NCBI GenBank assembly: GCA_964016885.1
Contig: OZ024741.1
Location: 139,996,001 to 140,060,000, forward strand
DNA: 64,000 bases
Direction of reading: 5' to 3'
From: Eledone cirrhosa
Lineage: Eukaryota
Shown here: positions 45,901 through 59,228 of the stretch, piece after piece
Numbering within the stretch: position 1 is the stretch's first letter
Layout: every line of letters begins with the position of its first letter
Notes under the pieces: model-generated
What the model was told of the DNA's origin: nothing
Database searches by the model: none
What the model saw: only the letters and a program-made list of their open reading frames with translations
Translations under genes and position numbers: made by a program

Positions 45901-46395
45901 GAGGCTGTTACACCTCCCTCTATTAGGACATGCTCCTGCATAGTCCCAACGTGCATCCAGGATGTCATTCCAATCCCCCGCTAGAAGCAGGGAACGCGAC
46001 GTTCCCAGAAAAGTCTCCAAACGCTGGAAGAAGTCGGGCCGTTCAGCTCCGAAAGGGGAGTAGACGGCGACCAGTCTCAAGGCCGCACTTTCACTACTGC
46101 CAACGTCTAGCACCAACAAACGACCCTCCGGGTCCGAGTGCACAACCTGTATGGCAAGACCCAGGTGTTTTTGCAGCAGTACGACAACCCCACCCCCACC
46201 TCCAGGTTGACAGAGAGATGCATGCACCTCAAAGTCATCGAAGGTGGGGGCCAGCTGCCGCACGACGCTGATTCGAGTCTCACAGATAACCATTACATTT
46301 ATACTACATGACCTGAGGTCATTTAGAAGCTTTGCTTGCTTCCAAGTTGAGCCCAGGCCACGTGCATTCAAACATCCTACTCTTAACACATCCAT
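42958..46395 (-). pseudogene. LINE ORF2: apurinic-like endonuclease + reverse transcriptase + C-terminal zinc knuckle (one in-frame stop, two frameshifts)
   Basis: GCLNARGL, ICET, AGDWN, YLDRFLV, TDH (APE). KSPGLDG, NFRPITLLN, DQSKAFDRVDH, RQGCPLS, AYADDV (RT). CPRC..EETVAH..QC. TGA at 45859-45861; frameshifts near 44670 and 43570. Confidence 0.93.
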
Positions 46396-46428
46396 GTGGG
46401 CGGCAGAGCCAAAGGAGAGTGTAGAGAC

Positions 46429-48331
46429 CTACCTTTCCGCTTCCCGGGGTTCGGGTTGCACGACTTCCATGGGGTCGGGGGTGTTGGGTGAAGAGGTGTC
46501 TTGTGGTTGTGTGGGGTCGTCAGTGTGTGATGGGGTTGGGGTGTTTGGAGTTGTGTTGGGGAGGGGAAGGGGAGGGGGAAAGCTTTTTAGTAGGACGCGG
46601 TTTATGGGTTTGACAGAGGGTGGTCCTACGTCCTCCTTAAAATCCTTTTTTAGTTTTTGGTAGAGGTTCATTGGGATCTTTATTAGTTTTAAATGTGGGT
46701 AGTTTTCTGACGAAACAAAGTTTACACCTTCGGTTTGTACCGAAGGATTATTGTATATGAGCTCATTTGATTTATTATTGTTTCTGTTGATGTAAGTATA
46801 GTGTAATGTCTTTTTTTCCGATGGTGTGAGTGTTTCGAAGAGGGGGGGGGGGGGCAGGTTTGGTTTTGTTTGTTGCTCGAGGGGTGTTTTCTGTTTTGTT
46901 GGATTGTGTTGAGATTTGGGTGGGGGTTGTTTGTCCTTGTGTTTTGCACATGTTTTCTTTTTTTCCTTTTAATCTGTCTGAAGGACTCCGTTTCTTCCTC
47001 CGAATTCGTTGGGTTATCTTCAGTGTTGGAGGGAAGAGGTATGTTTGCTGGTAATGTTTCCGTGTTGGTTTTCTTTGTGGGGGAGATGGATGTCACTATG
47101 TTAGACTGTGTTGTGTGTTGTGTCTGCGGTGGTTGTGTTGTTTTATTGAGTGAGAGGTTGGGTGGGCCTGTATTTTGTTTTGGGGTAATGTGTTGTGACT
47201 GTTTGTGTTGTGGTGGTGTTGTGGTTTTACTGAGGGACGGGTTGGGTGGGACTGAGTTTTGTTGTTTGTTTATCTGTTGTGGTGGTGGTGGTGGAGCTGG
47301 TGTTGGTAGCAGGGTTTTCTGTTTGTTGAGTTGGGGACAAGCGGCCTTCAGGTGCCCTCTGCCTGCACAGATATGGCAGGACGGCCTTCTCCCCTCCACG
47401 CTAATGTTTATATACCCGTGGTCCTCTAATAGGATTCTGTCGGGTATTTGGGCGATGCGTTCAGGCTTCATTTGTACTACCAGCTCTATACCTGTTCCAC
47501 TGAACGCATTGCCTGTGGTTTTCCCAATGGAAATCACGTTGTCATTCACTGGATCGATGAAGCCAGCTATGAGCCAGCAGTAGTCCACATCTGGCATCAT
47601 TGCATCCAGCCATATGCGTTGAGTTCTTTTCCCCATATAAGATGGATAAAAGGTGAAATTTTTCGAACGAATCGGTGACAAAGCACATTTTTTTGCCGCC
47701 GATTCGTTCTTCATGATAATTGCTAGGCTTCCATATAGTCTGTCTTTTCTTATGAAAGTGGTTTCATTAAGTACTTCTGTGAGTACTGTTTTGATATCTG
47801 CTTGAGAAGGCTGTTCAGGTTTTTTTGTACTGTTGTTGATGGTCCGAAACTTGACCGTTCGGATTTCAATGTCTTTCGTGAATTCTTGAGGCATTTTTAC
47901 CGATAAAATACCATTCTCTCCTTCACTTATGTATTGTTTGGCGTCCGTGATCCTTCGTACCACATCTGAAATGTTTTCCGCTATATAAGTCAAAGATTTC
48001 TTTGTTTTCTGTGCAAATGAAATCTTGTCGTCTGCTTTGTTTTCTGATATGGTGTTATTTTCAACTGTTATTTTTGTGTTTGTTGTGTCTTTGTTTGTGT
48101 TATTAGTATTGTCATGTAATTTTTCAAATTTTTTTTTTTCGTTTTGGAATCTAAGTCCAGATTTGTGTTTTCGTCATTTAATTTTTTCTCCGCAGATTCG
48201 TCTGTTTTTATTTTAATTTTTCCTTCCTTCTCTATGACGTTAGTTGGGAAGGAAGGGGGGACTAAAGCGTGCGAGCTTACAACTCTTACCGCTGTCCCCC
48301 CACCACTATTTTCGTTCGCTGCGTTTAACAT
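46429..48331 (-). pseudogene. LINE ORF1 (gag-like, CCHC zinc knuckle, Pro/Thr/Gln-rich tail), frameshifted
   Basis: ATG at 48331; main ORF 46722-47993 with CHICAGRGHLKAAC; last piece 46429-46671 ends just upstream of the ORF2 ATG. Confidence 0.8.
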
Positions 48332-48563
48332 TTCTGTTAGACGATTGAAATTTTTTACACAAAATTTTTTAAAACAGGTTTTTCACCTCTAGGAGGGGTA
48401 AAGATGAGCTGACCCACCGCCTGACAGTTCAGACGGAGGGTCAAGCTACACAATTGTATCAAAATTAAGTTTGAACTCACAAAATTTCCTCAATAAATTT
48501 GAACAAAACTTCTGTGCGAAGTGAATGACATCCACACTGTAGAACAGACGACAGCTAGATTTT

Positions 48564-48615
<52 letters not shown>

Positions 48616-48982
48616 GTAGATGATATATTAAGATTCTATTTGAGCTGGGTGAAATGGCATTGTGTAGATTGGAAGGGTTAAATGACTCGCCGTATCTAGC
48701 TGAATTCGAAATCGCTGTGATAAAATTTACATTACATTCTTTCGAGCTCAGTGAAATAAAGTACTAGTTTTGTACAGTGGTTGATATAATCAACTTTTGT
48801 ATTCCTCAAAATTGTTGAGTTTACGCCAATATTAAAATGATGTATTATAATTTACTCAGCTGGATAAATGTATTGCGACGTGACTGATGCCAAGCTCTAT
48901 CGGCCTTCGCTTTTCCATTGAAAAAAAAAACAATGGCCTGGAGAGTGGTGATTGGTATGCAAGAGCGACTACTTGTCTTTCA

Positions 48983-49061
<79 letters not shown>

Positions 49062-49173
49062 TATATTTGTTTTTGAAATGCGCATAATAAAATACTTGGA
49101 ACTCTTTTAACCATTTTTGATCTTATATTATATATGTATGTATGTATGTATGTATCTATATCCGCAAAGGCCT

Positions 49174-49218
<45 letters not shown>

Positions 49219-49484
49219 TATATACAGGCGTTATTATTATTATACTATTGAAACAAATTCATCGGGAGAACCGGACTATCTCCGATTGTTGTGTCACTCA
49301 ATACTTCGATTAAGCTTTAATTAAGCCACCATCGTTAGGATAGCAACCAAAAAGGAAAGCTCACTTACACGTTAAAAGTGAGAAAAACGATTTCGTGTGG
49401 GTAGAGCATTTACTTTAACATATATGTGTGTGTGTGTGTGCATGGGGGGGTGGGGGCGGATAGGTGTGTGGGGGGGCACGCGCG

Positions 49485-49775
<291 letters not shown>

Positions 49776-50309
49776 TTGTAAGATGACTCTTGTTCGATTT
49801 ATTTAATTTTTGCTAATCTGTCTTCGTGTTCTCTACGAAAGCACTTTGGTAAAGTGTTTCTGGCATGCTTATATTTTCGATTTGAATGAACGCTAGCGCG
49901 TGCACCATGTAGATTGACCAGGTCTTGCTAACCTCCTCTTTGATGTGAGGATTACTACTACATCTTTTGTGTCCATCACCAATGTGCACTAGCTAGCCAT
50001 ACGGAATTTTCCATTTAAGTTAGGCGAAGCCTTGCTGAAAAGGGGTTCCTGCCGAATTACGCAATGAATACTAACATTACCTAATTTCTGCATACTGTGG
50101 CTTTGTTCAGACCACCCTGGCAAACCGGAATCGTAGAAACTGGTGAATCGGGCAGGGTAACTGAAATTCATACCCAAACCACACTGCCTTCCTCACTGAT
50201 TAACATATAAGGTTAGATTTAGATTTTAATAATATGGACTTAATTAAATTACTGAGAGAGTGAGGAAACGACCGAAGCTGAGTCTATTCTATTTGATAAG
50301 CTTCGTTCC

Positions 50310-50353
<44 letters not shown>

Positions 50354-50356
<3 letters not shown>

Positions 50357-51086
50357 AAAAGGAGATCAATATCCCCACAGGTACTAAGTACCTCTGGAAA
50401 TATATAGGGTGTCTATAGTACAGTGGTTGTTCTATGGTATTAATTTGACATACCAGAACTATAAAATTGAGATAAGCGGAGCAACCAAGATTCAAACAAT
50501 TTTTTTAAATAAATTAAAAAATATAATTTAAATATTCACCTATTCCTTTTGCTTTTACCGACGGTTTCACCTCACAAAAGATTGGAAATACTCGGGACAT
50601 CCAATGGAAAAGTTCGGATCTTCAGAAAGCATTTTCCCCACCTAGGACGAAAATTCCCAGGAACGAGCAAAGTATATTGCCATCTGTCAGCTAGTACAGG
50701 ATCGAATGAGGCCGTAAACTTGACCTGCACATGAACCAGCCCTTAGTAGAAGCGGAAGTAAACATAGACGTGTTGTCTATCTCGCCACTAAAATTAGCAG
50801 CTAAATAAAACAACGGATTTGTTCTCTACACATAGGAGATTATATAAAAAGGAGATCAATATCCCCACAGGTACCAAGTACCTCTAGAAATATATAGGGT
50901 GTCTATGGTACAGTGGCTGTTCTATGGTATTAATTTAACATACCAGAACTATAAAATTGAGATAAAGCGGAGCAAGCAAGATTCAAACGTCGGTAAAAAC
51001 AAAAGGAATTGGTGAATATTTATTTAAATTATATTTTTTAATTTATTTTAAAAAATTGTTTGAATCTTCCTTGCTCCGCTTATCTC

Positions 51087-51090
<4 letters not shown>
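50354..51090 (-). mobile_element. Non-coding PLE/retrozyme-like element: ~490-bp unit, 144-bp direct repeat, inverted terminal piece
   Basis: Direct repeat 50354-50497 / 50844-50988. 50988-51090 is the reverse complement of 50465-50563. (TA)n on both sides. Confidence 0.85.
50551..50630 (-). ncRNA. Type-I hammerhead ribozyme motif with enlarged stem II domain
   Basis: Minus strand: GCTTT CTGAAGA TCC..(TTGGA..TCCAA hairpin)..GGT GAAA CCGTCGG TA AAAGC. Stem I GCTTT/AAAGC, stem III CCG/CGG, GUA triplet. Confidence 0.75.
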
Positions 51091-51152
<62 letters not shown>

Positions 51153-51635
51153 GAAAGGTATAGAAAATATTGTAGCAAAAGTATATATATATATATAAGT
51201 ATGTACACGTACATACATATATGTATACAGACGTACAGTATTATGTATATATATATATATATACATACATGCACATATATATATGTACGTATGGATTCAC
51301 CGAACATTTATTATAATGCTCGGTGTGTTTATAAACAAACATCCCGTATTAAGCCGTACAGTGTCTAGCAACCATCGTTGCTCATTTGTTCAACACTGAC
51401 AAAAGAACGCTGTATTAGTTTCACGCTTATTAGCTATCGTCAGCATCGTATACCTTCCTGCCAGATTGTTGAACGTCTGAAAGCATATACTTTCCTTATG
51501 CATATTAACGGCTGAGTAGCCCAATTTGCATATCGAGTGGGTTAATCGGCCGGATGCACCGAAAACGATAAACGGAAAAAATGCAAGTAACAGCCGTACT
51601 AAGAGTGGGAAATGAAATTTCGTTTCATTTTTTCC

Positions 51636-51722
<87 letters not shown>

Positions 51723-52486
51723 TCTCTCTGTGTGTGTGTGCCTGCCTGTCTGTACGTTTAAAGTAAGTATATATATATATATATATATATATACCACTTA
51801 GATAGATCATAATTGCTAATTCTATCACATGAACATGAATTTTATTTTTACATACCCGAACCGATCCCCAATGATTATTTATATATAAACCGAGAAGTAA
51901 TGGAATTTAGGTATTTTAATCTGAGACAACGTTGTCATAGAAACGACAAACTTTCTAGATGATCAATTAAAGATGGCCCTCATCTTCTTGCTATTCTTCA
52001 CAACTTTACAATCACCATTATAGAGGAAACACTGAATACGTGTTAAGATCGTGCATGCATTTATTGATTATCATTTTCTATATTGTAGCTTTCAGAAATA
52101 ATTTAACTTTACAAATTACAAAGTAAATATTCTTTTGAAAACTAATTTAGATTCGGTTGGTCCTAATTTCTTAATTACTTCTTAGTATCCAAAAGGCGTT
52201 GCATTTGATGATCAAAGAACGCAATCTGTGTGCAGCCAGTAATTGATTGATTTCTGTAGTTATGATTTCAACATCGATATAAATGATCATATTATGTAAT
52301 GCGGAACGGAATATGTGAGGCTACATACACATACAAACTAATACAAAACATTGCCCACACTGTTATCATCACACGCATTTATATTCACATATAAGGGATT
52401 GTGTGCGTATAAATGCATGTATAGCAGTTTCATACGTGTACGAATATATATATATATATATATATATACATATGTTATATATATAA

Positions 52487-52597
52487 CATTACCAAAATCC
52501 CCTTAAACAGATAGTGATATATATATATATATGTGTGGGGGGGGGGGGGTGTATGTGTCTGAGTGTGCATATATATATATATTTATATACACACACG

Positions 52598-52628
<31 letters not shown>

Positions 52629-52657
52629 CACTATGTGTTTAAGGGTATTTTGTTATG
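52487..52657. repeat. ~32-bp inverted repeat flanking a TA-rich tract
   Basis: CAAAATCCCCTTAAACAGATAGTGATA / TATCACTATGTGTTTAAGGGTATTTTG. Confidence 0.8.
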
Positions 52658-54933
52658 GTTGTCTGCCTACATATGTATGTTTGTGACATACAGATCTTTT
52701 CAATTAGTATGTTCTTCCTTGGCATTGTCATGAGATATCAAATTAGAGAGTACGGTCATATACGTTAGTGATTTGCCAGTTAATGCCAGAATTGATGATG
52801 TCCCATTGACTGATCTTTATTGGTCTATAATTTACAATGGTTTTATTGCTTATTATGTTCAGAAAGTTCTTCTTTCAATTCTCCTAAGTTCACTTAATAA
52901 ATTCAGATTTACGTTTTGTTTGTATATTTACATCAAAGCCTGTCGCTTTTTGTTCTTCCCTCCATTGTATTTATTATTAGTCCAGCCTATGTATGTATGG
53001 AATACCCGTTGTTCGACTCAGCAATCATCTTTTCATGTAATGCCATCGACATAGACGTGCATAGTTCGTACATCTAGAGGGTTCTTTAGATGATACAATT
53101 TATTGTTACTCTACAATTATTTAATGTACGTCTACCAACAGCATAGTTTATTCATAAATAAGTTCAATCATATCTAATGTCCTCTATTATAACATTTGCT
53201 TTGTCATTCCGTCCTGTTAACACCTGAAGATTTTTGTGTTACACTGAATATAATCATAAGTCTCAAAGCAGGTAGTGATTAGTAGATAATACCCTTCTCC
53301 CATATTAAACCAGATCAACAAAGCTTTTACCGATGCAAAGGTTTGAAAACTGAGCCGTAGCTTTCAGAATCTCCTACCAAATATGTACATTTTTCCTGTG
53401 TGTAATGATTCACTGAATATTGTCGGAAAACTAAAACAGCACTAAACAAAAAGTCCGATATTGTCTACACGCCAATAGTACAATCATTATAGCACGAGAA
53501 AACCGGTTGAAGCACCAATTATGAGGGAAGAAAAAGGATCTCTGTTTCTATTAGCCTGTTCATTGATTGTACAATTGGCCGGTCAGATGCAACTGTTGGC
53601 ACAATTACCTCCATATTTTAGAAACAGAAGGCGGGATTAGTACTAAAAAACAATGAAGCTGGAAGAGATACTGGAAATAATGCCAGCTGAAAAGTTTGCG
53701 GCTTAGATGTTAATGTTCACATTGCTAATGCACTACAAGCTATAGAAAAATGGAGAGACAAGTTATATTTTACCCTATTTCCTAAGCTATTACTTATAGG
53801 AATCTATGGTTGTTACAGATATTTTCTGCGTTGGAAATCCTGCAATCCTACACTTGTGTGATGAGAGCGGAGTAAATGCGGGGAATATATTTAAGACCAC
53901 TGGTGCTCATTATTATCTATCCAGTACCCGATATAGTGCACACTATAAATAACAAATTCCCAATATATTCTATTGTAAACTGCACAGGTTTATACAGCAA
54001 ATCAGTAAGGAGACATAAACGTTTTGTGTCATTACATAAATATATTCATAATGGTCATCAAGAATATTAATCAAACTGATTTTGTCGGTTAAAAGCATGT
54101 TAAAGTGTTTGTACGTCGGAATAACGACTCCATCAACTCTCACATGTTTGTGCAGGATAGAAATAACACAAAACACAAAACATTATTTTAAATGAATAAT
54201 GTAAAGGATGGATCGTGTTACAGAGGAAAAGAGAGAAATCCCACTAAGATTATAATTGGAAATATATGTAAAATTGCATTGATTTATTGACTAAAACGCT
54301 TAGTATCTTAGAGACTGGTAGCTCCGTATGGAGAAGGTAGGGCAAGGCGATTGTGCAGAAAACTAGATAGATTAAATCAAACTATCTATTTGGCTATTTC
54401 TCTGCCTATCCATCTTTCCCACGCCTCTCTCGATGAGTATATGCACTCCCACATACGCAGAAGTGAATATGTATTTACACATGTATTCATATATGTACAT
54501 ACACACAAACACACACACAAATATATATATATATATGTATCGTATATATATATATATGTGTGTGTGTGTATGTATGTATGTATGTATGTATGTATCCTAT
54601 ACAATTATTACGCAATTGAAATATAGCAATCAAAGAAAATATATGCTTCAGTGAGTCCGATGCTATGGAACAGCAGATAATACAAGTAATATGGAAACTA
54701 AAGCATGGTAGAGAGATCGGGAAATACGCATTACACAAGACATTGAATAGGATTTGAGAAGGTGGTGAATTAAGAAGGGGAAGTGAAACATGGAACCGAA
54801 GAAATCTGAAACTCAAACTGAAATAAAGATACAAGTAGTATGATGACAAAACTTGAGGATAAAGTAAGAATTTATGAAGAAAGAATCTGTAGAATCGAGA
54901 TGACATGTTATTATTGTTGTTGTTGCTATTATT

Positions 54934-55244
54934 AGATGGGTGAGAGAGGCAAGAATGGCCCGAGTGAATGGGCCTACTCTGAGTATGTGTCTGTAAATTA
55001 AAGGTGGAAAACTGGGAGAGGGCAATTGCCCTGGTGATCAGGGTCACTGGCTTTTTAATGTTCTTTCTCATAGAATGTCCCCCGGAAGTCTCCCCCGTAT
55101 TGGGGAATTTTTCATTGTTATTTTTTTGTTACATCGTCTGTTTTTGTTTTTTACACGCAGAAATGCCCATTTGTACCGTCCTGTATTGTCCTGTACTGTC
55201 CTTAATGTCTACTTTATGTAGACCATTGTGGTTAATAAAGAAAT
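54934..55244 (+). mobile_element. 3' fragment of a Tx1/L1-type LINE (subfamily B)
   Basis: Encodes RWVREARMARVNGPTLSMCL*. 3' UTR as in 23563-23820, ending AATAAAGAAAT. Flanked by (ATT/GTT)n and (ATT/ATC)n. Confidence 0.82.
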
Positions 55245-55258
55245 CATTATTTATTATT

Positions 55259-55308
<50 letters not shown>

Positions 55309-55760
55309 TAATGATGATGATGATGATGATAATAATAACAATAATAACAATATTAATCTGATGTGTTCAAATGAATCGAATCAACTAAATACGGTAATCT
55401 AAAACGCATCAATCTATTAAACTTATTGTCTCGAATTATAGCATTACATAATGCAGGTATTTGCTGAAAATAGCATGCGCATTCGCGACAGAATGTCTAG
55501 GGACGAAATGAAAAGTGTGGACCCAAATATGATTACTATTTCTTTCTTTTACAATTTTATCTCCACATAGTTTTCTGTCAATAGTCTACGGCGATATTGG
55601 AGTGCCGCTTCGATTTGTTCGATCATAATGACTCCGGTAATAATTTATTTCAAACTTTTAACTCATTTATCGTTCACGTTTTGGTCGAAACTCTATCTTA
55701 TGAGATGAAAACATTTCTTTTAATCATTTAGTATCAATATCTGTATATAGTTGGAATAAT

Positions 55761-55955
55761 AATGGTTTCTCATATAGGCACAAGGCCAACAATTTTTTTT
55801 TTGGGGGGTAAAGTCGATTAAATCGACCCCAGTGCATTACTGGTACTTTATGTATCTACCCCGTAAGGATGAAAGGGAAAGTTAACCTCGGGCGGTTTTG
55901 AACTCACAATGTAAAGGGTCGTAACTCTATGCCACAAAGCAAGGTTTCCGACACA
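55761..55955 (-). mobile_element. tRNA-type SINE (family A, long variant)
   Basis: GGCACAAGGCCA...AAAGTCGATTAAATCGACCCCAGTGCATTACTGGTAC...TTTGAACTC. Confidence 0.8.
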
Positions 55956-56609
55956 CCCAAATAATAAATACTGGTTTCGTAATACCGAATGCAGTAACGT
56001 ATTAAATACAGCTGGGTTTAAAACCCAAATCCCATATGTACAGCAGAGTATTTAATATGCATACTGTTAAGATATCATACTGAACAACAAAAAAACACCT
56101 AATGCAGAACAGAGGCAACATAAATCATAGTAGATAAGAAGGGAAACATAGTCAAATTGAGTGTGCAGAAATAAATACGACTACAAATATCATGGAGCCT
56201 TTGGAGAACCTAGTAATAAACACAAAAGCATATTCGGAGAATGAGAGTTTAGCAAACACAATAGCCAGAATTCCAATACAACCCATAAAACAAACAGGGA
56301 CTGTATCTGCGGATATCTAGTAAACTAACTCATGCACAAGTGATACCTACAGAAAAAAAAAACTTTTTATATGAGTCAGAGTTACCATCCAAGGGAAAAG
56401 GGAAAGCAGAGACCGATAAAGCTTGGCCCCGGTGACGTTATGACTCATTTCCAGTAACAATGTGAAAACAAATGGCTTCCTTGTGGACACAACAGCCTGA
56501 CCTCTCCGCCATCTGAAATCACAATATCATGAGTATTAATCCAACACTCTAGGGATTGAGCAACGTGGTCCATCCTCTATTTCACACACAAACACACACA
56601 CACACACAT

Positions 56610-56654
<45 letters not shown>

Positions 56655-56753
56655 ATGCAATGAAATATCTATGATCGTCGGCAAATCACTGATGAGGGAC
56701 TTATTGTATTACATGTTATCCATGTGCAACCAGCAGTATTCTTCTCCCCATTT

Positions 56754-56898
<145 letters not shown>

Positions 56899-56972
56899 TG
56901 GATACATCGATAAATAGAGATAAAGATAGATGGATAGATATCGGGTGGAACGTGTATTAGAACGTGATAGAA

Positions 56973-57055
<83 letters not shown>

Positions 57056-57197
57056 ATTTGTGTGTGTGTTGGTGTGGGTGTGTATGTATATATATATACA
57101 TCCTGTTAAATACGCATATATTTGCTTATTATCATTTATATCCATATATATATATTTATATATATTTTTCAGACATATGTTTATTCTATATTTTCAG

Positions 57198-57497
57198 AAA
57201 GTGCTTCTGCCACTAAGTGAATCAAATACTCACACCCTAGAAAATCTGGATGCACAGAACATACTGGAAAGTTGTACTACAAAGGTCGAGCGAAAGAAAT
57301 ACAGTGGGAGCTGTGCAAAAGCCTTCTGGAATTGCTTGACTGGAAACACGACTTATCGCTACGCGAAAAATTCTACGATGGACAAAGAACGAGGTGTTAG
57401 TGTGAGCCGTATCGATAAAGTGGCTCGCTATGTTTTCCCTATATCGTTTGGTATATTTAATTCAATATATTGGTGTGTTTATCTTTTATCACGTTGA
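57198..57497 (+). CDS. Terminal coding exon of a Cys-loop ligand-gated ion channel subunit (GABA-A/glycine/GluCl-like anion channel; end of M3-M4 loop + TM4)
   Basis: TTTTCAG acceptor, open frame ending VSRIDKVARYVFPISFGIFNSIYWCVYLLSR*, matching the ID..SR..FP..F..FN..YW..Y TM4 signature. An alternative acceptor at 57172 is possible. Confidence 0.9.
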   Translation, partial: KVLLPLSESNTHTLENLDAQNILESCTTKVERKKYSGSCAKAFWNCLTGNTTYRYAKNSTMDKERGVSVSRIDKVARYVFPISFGIFNSIYWCVYLLSR

Positions 57498-57626
57498 TTA
57501 TCAACATTTGTGACGATAAAAATCATTTCTGTTCACTGTACAACATTAAAATCACAAGATTGTTAACAGCATATCAATATATATTCAGATACTCGCATGT
57601 AACATATGTGTACGTTAATTTATGTA

Positions 57627-57632
57627 AATAAA
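57627..57632 (+). promoter_or_regulatory. Candidate polyadenylation signal
   Basis: AATAAA 130 nt after the stop codon. Weak evidence in AT-rich DNA. Confidence 0.3.
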
Positions 57633-57637
57633 TAAGG

Positions 57638-57699
<62 letters not shown>

Positions 57700-58017
57700 G
57701 TTATGTATATGTCCCTGTCGCTGTTTATAGAAACGTATGTACATACAAGCTTAACGTATATATATATATATATATACATATATATATTCATTCATTCATT
57801 TTTTAAATACTTAATATAGATATAAAGCTAAATGCATATATACCAACTAGTGCACCATATACACTAACTGGTATATTGCAAAATTGCTTTAACTTACGAA
57901 TACACGCATATAATTGTTTGTATTAGGTAGCACAATTGCACGTATTCTTATAGTCAGAACTTTTTTTCTTTCAAAAGCATACACATGTAATCATATTTGT
58001 TTATGTCAATGTATATC

Positions 58018-58173
<156 letters not shown>

Positions 58174-58519
58174 ACTTGAGGGAATGATAAATACACGGAT
58201 ATTTATACAAATGGACTGATGCGGATTTTTAAATGAGGTCACTTTCTGTACATCTATGCAACACGAATTTACTTATCTTACAATTGTCCTATTTAATGAT
58301 ATATTTATATATTACTTTCATAAATTTTAATTTTCCTCCAAGTATGCATACTGTTTAAATACACTGTCGAGTAACAAGCAATATCATTGATGACCTTAAA
58401 ATAAAATTTATTCTTACCTATAATTACTTGTTTTGATTCATTGCGACAATCATTTCTTACTTTCCGGGACAGAAAAAAACAAGGAAATTGTTTCAATGAA
58501 GGTGGATACACACACAATG

Positions 58520-58587
58520 GTTATGGTCCTTACCACACTTTCTTCGTTATATATATATAACGAAGAAAGTGTGGCAAGGACCATAAC
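58520..58587. repeat. 29-bp inverted repeat centred on a short (TA)n
   Basis: GTTATGGTCCTTACCACACTTTCTTCGTT-(AT)5-AACGAAGAAAGTGTGGCAAGGACCATAAC. Confidence 0.92.
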
Positions 58588-58589
58588 TC

Positions 58590-58798
<209 letters not shown>

Positions 58799-58869
58799 AA
58801 GAAAGAGAACTTTTTTCGCTCTACATGACTGAATACAGTAAATGCAATCTGAGTTTTTCGAATATTAAT

Positions 58870-59048
58870 AATTGTTTCTACTGTTAGCAAAAGGCCAGTA
58901 ATTAACCAGTACATTACTGGTACTTTATTTATCGACCCCATAAGGATGAAAGGCAAATAACTTCGGCGGGATTTGAACTCAGACCAGAAAGCGCCGTAAC
59001 TCTTTGCTGCAAAGCATGACATCTGACCCTCTGCCGATAATGCCAATC
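58870..59048 (-). mobile_element. tRNA-type SINE (family A)
   Basis: Matches the consensus. Confidence 0.82.
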
Positions 59049-59228
59049 TACCGATTTTTTAATATAAAATAACATTCGATTCGTTTGCAATTATGCAAAC
59101 AGGCCTCAATTTTATAGCCATGTCAGTAGAATGAACACTTCATTTGCATGTGAACAAAATTGCAGACACTAATGTTTTTTAGTTTTAGATTCAGAAACAG
59201 ACAGAAATTGCCATTTATGTATATATAT

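Larger units (their letters stand above)
42742..48555 (-). mobile_element. Near full-length Tx1/L1-type non-LTR retrotransposon (~5.8 kb) in (GATA)n
   Basis: 5' UTR, ORF1, ORF2 (APE-RT-CCHC) and 3' UTR ending AATAAAGAAAT. (GATA)n at 42693-42741 and 48565-48614. Confidence 0.93.

Noticed and set aside
46870-47583. 237-aa plus-strand ORF and other antisense ORFs over the LINEs
   Set aside because: Shadow frames of LINE ORF1/ORF2.
48690-48830. Very degenerate SINE family A-like sequence
   Set aside because: Only AAATAAAGTAC and scattered matches; too weak to delimit.
51568-51641. 16-bp inverted repeat ATAAACGGAAAAAATG / CATTTTTTCCGTTTAT
   Set aside because: Real but short and A-rich; could not be tied to an element or ribozyme core.
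55980-56480. A-rich tract resembling a decayed LINE 3' region
   Set aside because: No motif could be read confidently.
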